Below are positions 58,976-64,000 of a stretch of 64,000 nucleotides of DNA, in pieces (within the stretch, counting starts at the first letter, position 1; the number at the start of each line of letters is the position of its first letter). Below the pieces are notes generated by a model that was not told where the DNA came from, did no database searches, and saw only the letters and a list, made by a program, of their open reading frames with translations. Source of the DNA: Hamiltosporidium tvaerminnensis FI-OER-3-3. Lineage: Eukaryota > Fungi > Microsporidia. Made by a program: the position numbers and the translations under genes. The stretch spans positions 620,001 through 684,000 of the forward strand of contig CM061249.1 of the NCBI GenBank assembly GCA_022605425.2, in the 5' to 3' direction.

Positions 58976-61900
58976 AAGGCTGCAAACGACGCTGATGAGG
59001 TGAATAAAAGTGAGAGTGTGAGGCAAAACTGTGAGCAGCGCCTGCAAGCGAATTTCATACCTTCCTCCTTTTACATAATAACTACACATCCACCACCAGG
59101 CCAAACATGTAGTAAATGCAAAAAAGTGCGCTTGACACCTTACTCTCGCCTAATACATAACTTCCGCTCTTTGGTTGAAGTCTCTGTGTGCAAGCCATCG
59201 TACGACATGACAAATCCTTGTACTATAGCTATTCAGATGGTAACAAGCCAATGGCATTGCAGACATTATTCGATTCTGTAACAACCTACTCAAAAGAATG
59301 GCTTCGGATTGTTTTTTTGCAGAAAATGAAAAAGGGCAAGAAGAGAATGGAGAGCGACGTATAATCGCCACTTGTCTCACTGAGCCATGCACCCTGATTG
59401 ACACCACGGAGTACATAAACCTGAGAGATAAATTTTTAGTTAAATCAAAGAAATCTCGGAAAAGGAAATTGGAAAAGTGGTGGTCCGAACTCGAAAGCTT
59501 CCAAGTGAATTGGTTACAGTAAAGCTATGGACCTTATTAATCGAGTAGTCGGTGAATATGTCGGAGCTCATGTACCTGAGTCAATTACGGAATCCGCGTA
59601 TATCATGCAAGCTGCGCAGATATGCTATGACGAGGCAACACGTAAAGAGAAGCCTAGATCCGCTTGGAAGGAAAACATAGGAAGTAAAATTTCTAAGTTA
59701 GTACTTTCCAAAGATCTTCTCGAGAAGGCTCGTAAGCAGGAAAAGCTCTCCACTTCGGAAACGAAGAGCCTTAAGAAAATCAGGCGAGAGTTTAATTTAA
59801 ACTTGAGCAGTGTTACTGATCTTTCTGAGGCTTTAGTTAAGAAGAATGAGTCTTTGAATGTTTACGAGAAAAAAATTACGATGTATAAAAGTAGGAAGCA
59901 TTTCCGAAAAGAGAATCGTATGTTTGAGCTTTTCCAAGGTCGATTTTATCGTGGGTTATCTGAGCGTGTGGAATCCGAGCATGTGGTCAGTCGTGAGGAA
60001 ATTGTGAGTTTTTGGTCTACAATGTGGAACAAAAATGATGACACAGTCACGTACGATGATTATTTGATTCCATTTGTATCAGATAATCATCCGACCACGT
60101 TTCCTTCACTTGATGAATTTGTGAATATCATTAATTGGCTCCCTAATTGGAAAGCTGCTGGAATTGATGGTATTTACAATTTTTTCATTAAGAAACTTAC
60201 AACTCTTCACAAATATCTTTATGATATTGTGAAAGTTATATGTTTAGAAGGAACACCTCAAGCTGATTGGTTTTACTGCGGGCTTACGTATTTGATACCG
60301 AAAGGAATTCCACGAAGAGGCTCTGACTACAGGCCAATCACTTGTATGTCCAACCTCTATAAGTTAACGAAAAGTGTGTAACGAAATTCGTTCAACTTGA
60401 AGTGGAAAGGCGAGGGTTGCTTGCAGAGAACCAATTAGGGGCGGTAAGAGGTGTGCAGGGAGCGAAAGAGCAGACTCTACTGAATATTGCCTTAAATAAA
60501 TAGTATGGAAATAATCTTAAGGCAACATGGATTGATGTTAAAAAAACTTGTGGTTTTATATATCATGCTTATTTAACTCAATACATTAAACAACTTAACT
60601 TACCTGATTGGATCCTGAAATTTATTAAGGTAATTATATCAAAATGGAAAATTGATATGTCAGTAGAGCCTGAAAAAATCATGAGCAAGAAGATTGAGAG
60701 AAAAATTCTGCAAGGAGATAGTTTGTCACCATTGTTGTTTGTGGTGTGTATGGATCTATTGAGCCGATAGCTTAATGAAAAATACACAAAAGTGACAGTA
60801 CAAACAGATGCAGAATCCCATTCTACTAATCATCTCTTGTTTATTGATGATCTTAAGCTCCTTGCAAAAGACAGCTCCACATTGAGTGCTATGACAGGCG
60901 AGGCAAAGGAATTTTTAGAGGTGATTGGCTTAGAGATTAACAAAGAGAAGTCAGCCACAAATGATACGTGTTGTGAAGATACTGCTACTCTTCTAGAAGG
61001 TGTTAGTGTTTATAAATATTTAGGAATAATAGAAGATAGCAGAGGAATCCCAACACGTAGCTCATTTGAAGAAGTACAGAGCAAACTTATATCAAGAGTT
61101 GAAAGACTTTGTCACACTAGATTAAATGCAAAAAATTTATTTTCTGCAATCAATCAACATGCGATATCGTTAATCAACTATCACATAGGAGTACTTCGAC
61201 TTGAACCGGCTGACTTCTCTAAGTTAGATGATGCAGTGCGTGCGGTGTTGGTGAAGAATAAGATACATCTCCGCCCAGGATGTAAAGAGCGTCTATACCT
61301 TCCTAGAACAGAACTTGGAGGAGGCCTGCATAGTGTTGAGTTGCGAAGCGAACATATGCTTCTGCAACTCTTGGATTGTCTGGAAAAAAGTAAAGAAATA
61401 TCAACTAGACGAGCAGCAATCCTCAACGTGGAGAATAATAATAAAACCCATCTTGCACTAATAAAAGGCTTTTTAAAGGTAAAGTACAGGTTGTTAGAAG
61501 AATTCACTAAGAAAAGTTTAGAAGAAGTTCAACTTGCAAAACTAAATAACGAAATAGAAAAACAAAAACTTCATTCAAAGTTATATAATGCAAGAAAAAA
61601 TGAGCTTGTGAGTGTTAGTGACTCTTCAAGATGGCTAAAGAGAGGAAATATTAGGCCACGAAATGAAGCTGTGTCCTGCTATATCCAGGATGGAAATGTA
61701 TTCTGGGGAGCAGATGGTGTGTGTCAACATTGCGGGAAGTCTGGTAAGACTGTAGATCATCTAGCAACTAGATATGAAAAAATGCTAGGCCATGATTACA
61801 CTAGACGGCATAATAAAGTGGTTAGATGCCTACACTTACTTCTCCTAAATAGATATAAGTTTAAGTCCACAAAACGAATTAGGAGTCACTCAGTTCAAGA

Positions 61901-62600
61901 AATTCTTGATAATGAGTACGCAGAGATAAGAGTGGACACCAGAATAAAAACTGATGTTAAAATTCGGAATAACAGACCGGACATATTTATTTTAGATAAG
62001 AAGAAGAATATGATAACACTCATTGAAGTAGGAATCACTTCCCAAGATTCACTTCAAATAGTTGAAACTGAAAAACTTAGGAAGTATGACCTGTTAGCCG
62101 ATGATTTGGGTCTTATTTATAAGTGTAGTGTTGAGATAATCCCCTATGTGATGACCTGGGACGGTATTGTGACAAAATACCATAAATCTCATCTTAAAAG
62201 ACTAGAAATACCCATGAATGTAGAGGCATACATTCAGTCTATAGTACTTAAAAAGACAGTCGAACCAATTTCCTTTGATCGACGAAGAGGACTTGAGTCA
62301 GGACTAAATGCCGAAGAGAGCTGGGAGAGAGCGTCAATGGGTGTTATTATGAGAGCAGAGATGCACGAGGAACCAACATCCCCTTTAAAAGAATAGAAGA
62401 GAGAGGAAGATGGTGCAAAAAATTTTAAACCAAAAAATAAAGCAACACTTATTTCACAAGGAGGAACCACTTTAGAGGAACCGACCAATAACATAAATGA
62501 AGAGCCGGAGTTGGAAGAAGAGACAGTAGTGGTTAAAAAGGTAGAAGAAAACATATAAAAAAAATGGTAAAAATATTTTAACTTAAAATTTATTAAATAA
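58976..62600 (+). mobile_element. RLE non-LTR retrotransposon (R4/Dong-like), near-full-length but inactivated
   Basis: RT motifs NWKAAGIDGIYNFFIK, LIPK, YRPITC, ENQLG, WIDVKK, ILQGDSLSPLLF and HLLFIDDLKL, then the knuckle (C to Y in this copy) and RLE. Frameshift near 60370, stops near 60501 and 60768, premature stop at 62396. 5' boundary uncertain. Confidence 0.93.
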
Positions 62601-63120
62601 ATTTAAACCGAGTCGGTATGTTTTTATAGATAATTTTTTAGTTCAAATTATCATATAAAATAAAGGAGGCAATATAAAATGGGAGCGCTTTGAAATACGA
62701 CAACTATTTAAAAGCAAAATTATATTTTTAAATCATTTTCTTTTGATAATCAGTATTAAAAATCATCAGCAGCTCAGTTGTATGGACTATTTTGAATCCC
62801 TATATCAGACTCCGCAATTCCAGCCACAATTTATTCGACTACATTTGCATTAGATAAAAATAAGATTCTCAAAGTGAATATGATCCCTCTTTGATAAATT
62901 TAGTAAAAAGAGTGTTTGAAAATTGTGTAAACAAAAAAATAAAGGCATAAAAAATATTATACTTAGTAATTATTTTTTTCTAAACCAAATTATTCAATAA
63001 TTTATAGCTTAAGACCAAAAATTATTTATCTTATTCATACTGCTTTATATTTCTGAGCCAAACCACACAATAAGCAAAACATGTTATTAAAAAAGTTTTA
63101 GTTTTATTTATAGATCTAAA

Positions 63121-63862
63121 GTGGAGTTTGGATAACCACACAAAAAACTTTCTTTTTGGCAATGAGTGTGTGAAAGTATTGTGAGGTCATTGTTTGGATT
63201 TTTGATGTGAATAAAACCATACGACATCTTAAGTTGTTCTATGGGTGTTTGTATGAGAAATAGAGGTCATCGAAAAGGCGAAACTTTTTCTACAAATTTA
63301 TTTGTAGTTTTTTATATAACCAGATTGCAGACCACAGCTAAACTTGTAGGTAATTTACATGTAAAAGCTTCGAAACCTAGCCTTGCTCACTCGGGTTAGA
63401 AGACTTAGTGCCTGAGAGAAATAAAAATATAAACTATTAAAAGCCGGGAGAGTTAAGTAGCAAGTTATACCTGTTGTTATGACATTGCACTGTCTAGGTG
63501 GACTCCATGTAAGTCTCTGAAATATATCTTGGCGAAAAGTATATTAGGTTCAGAAAGTGTAGAGTAAGTGGGAATGCTGCATGGTCTTGGGGGAGCCCAA
63601 AGGGTCTTCGGCGTCTGATCACACCCCATGCAACGGACATTAAAGCACTTCGGGAAACTGACTCGCCTGTTAATTTGGTTCTACACACCTGGTAGATGAA
63701 AGGCTCTTGAAAGTATGTATCGCAAGGGTTACCGATGGAGTGTTGGCGTAGCTGTTATTTATGTTAAACCTAGAACTGCATTAATGTCATTAAAACAAAT
63801 ATAGCACTTGCCACTATTTTAAAAAGATGTGATACTTTGAATAAAGTCAAATATTAAAAAAA
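63121..63862 (+). mobile_element. ~730-bp SINE-like element, full-length copy with A-rich tail
   Basis: Starts gtggagtttggataaccac, ends tttgaataaagtc followed by aaatattaaaaaaa. Near-TSD ttatagatctaaa / ttatagatcaaa on the two flanks. Confidence 0.92.
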
Positions 63863-64000
63863 TTATAGATCAAATTTTGAGAAGTTTCATATTTTAGTTC
63901 ATTTTATGTGTTCACATAGCATAATAAAATATATTTTAAGAAACTTCGAGTACTGGTAAGAATAGAGGCATACACACAATCAGGGTACTTAAAATCATTA

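Noticed and set aside
58985-59045. Hammerhead ribozyme at the LINE 5' end (CTGATGAG...caaaac)
   Set aside because: No pairing stem II, no GAAA and no UH cleavage site with stem I. The sequence reads as an open frame.

Overview
AT-rich (roughly 25% GC by eye), gene-sparse, intron-less eukaryotic DNA that looks microsporidian. This assignment is an inference from CCC motifs abutting several start codons, compact fungal-type proteins and the TE spectrum. About 11 host genes are supported: an eIF2-alpha (GCN2/PEK-like) kinase, diphosphomevalonate decarboxylase, a haspin kinase split by a 1-nt frameshift, an ABCG half-transporter, a TALE homeobox protein, two paralogous ~7-TM orphan proteins, a signal-peptide coiled-coil protein, two small orphans and tRNA-Thr(AGT). 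Much of the rest is mobile DNA. There are seven copies of an RLE-type (R4/Dong-like) non-LTR retrotransposon, three of them with 13-14 bp TSDs at unrelated sites, plus a Merlin element, a Ginger-like element and hAT/gypsy relics. There are also three non-coding retroposon families that the ORF track does not reveal. The main finding is a ~730-bp non-coding element present in 9 copies (about 9% of the window). It has 12-13 bp TSDs, a fixed 5' end, no tRNA head and extensive conserved base-pairing, including a candidate pseudoknot, so it may be an undescribed structured-RNA SINE that uses the resident RLE retrotransposon. Also present are an RTE-like bipartite ~235-bp SINE (2 copies) and a tRNA-headed SINE relic.
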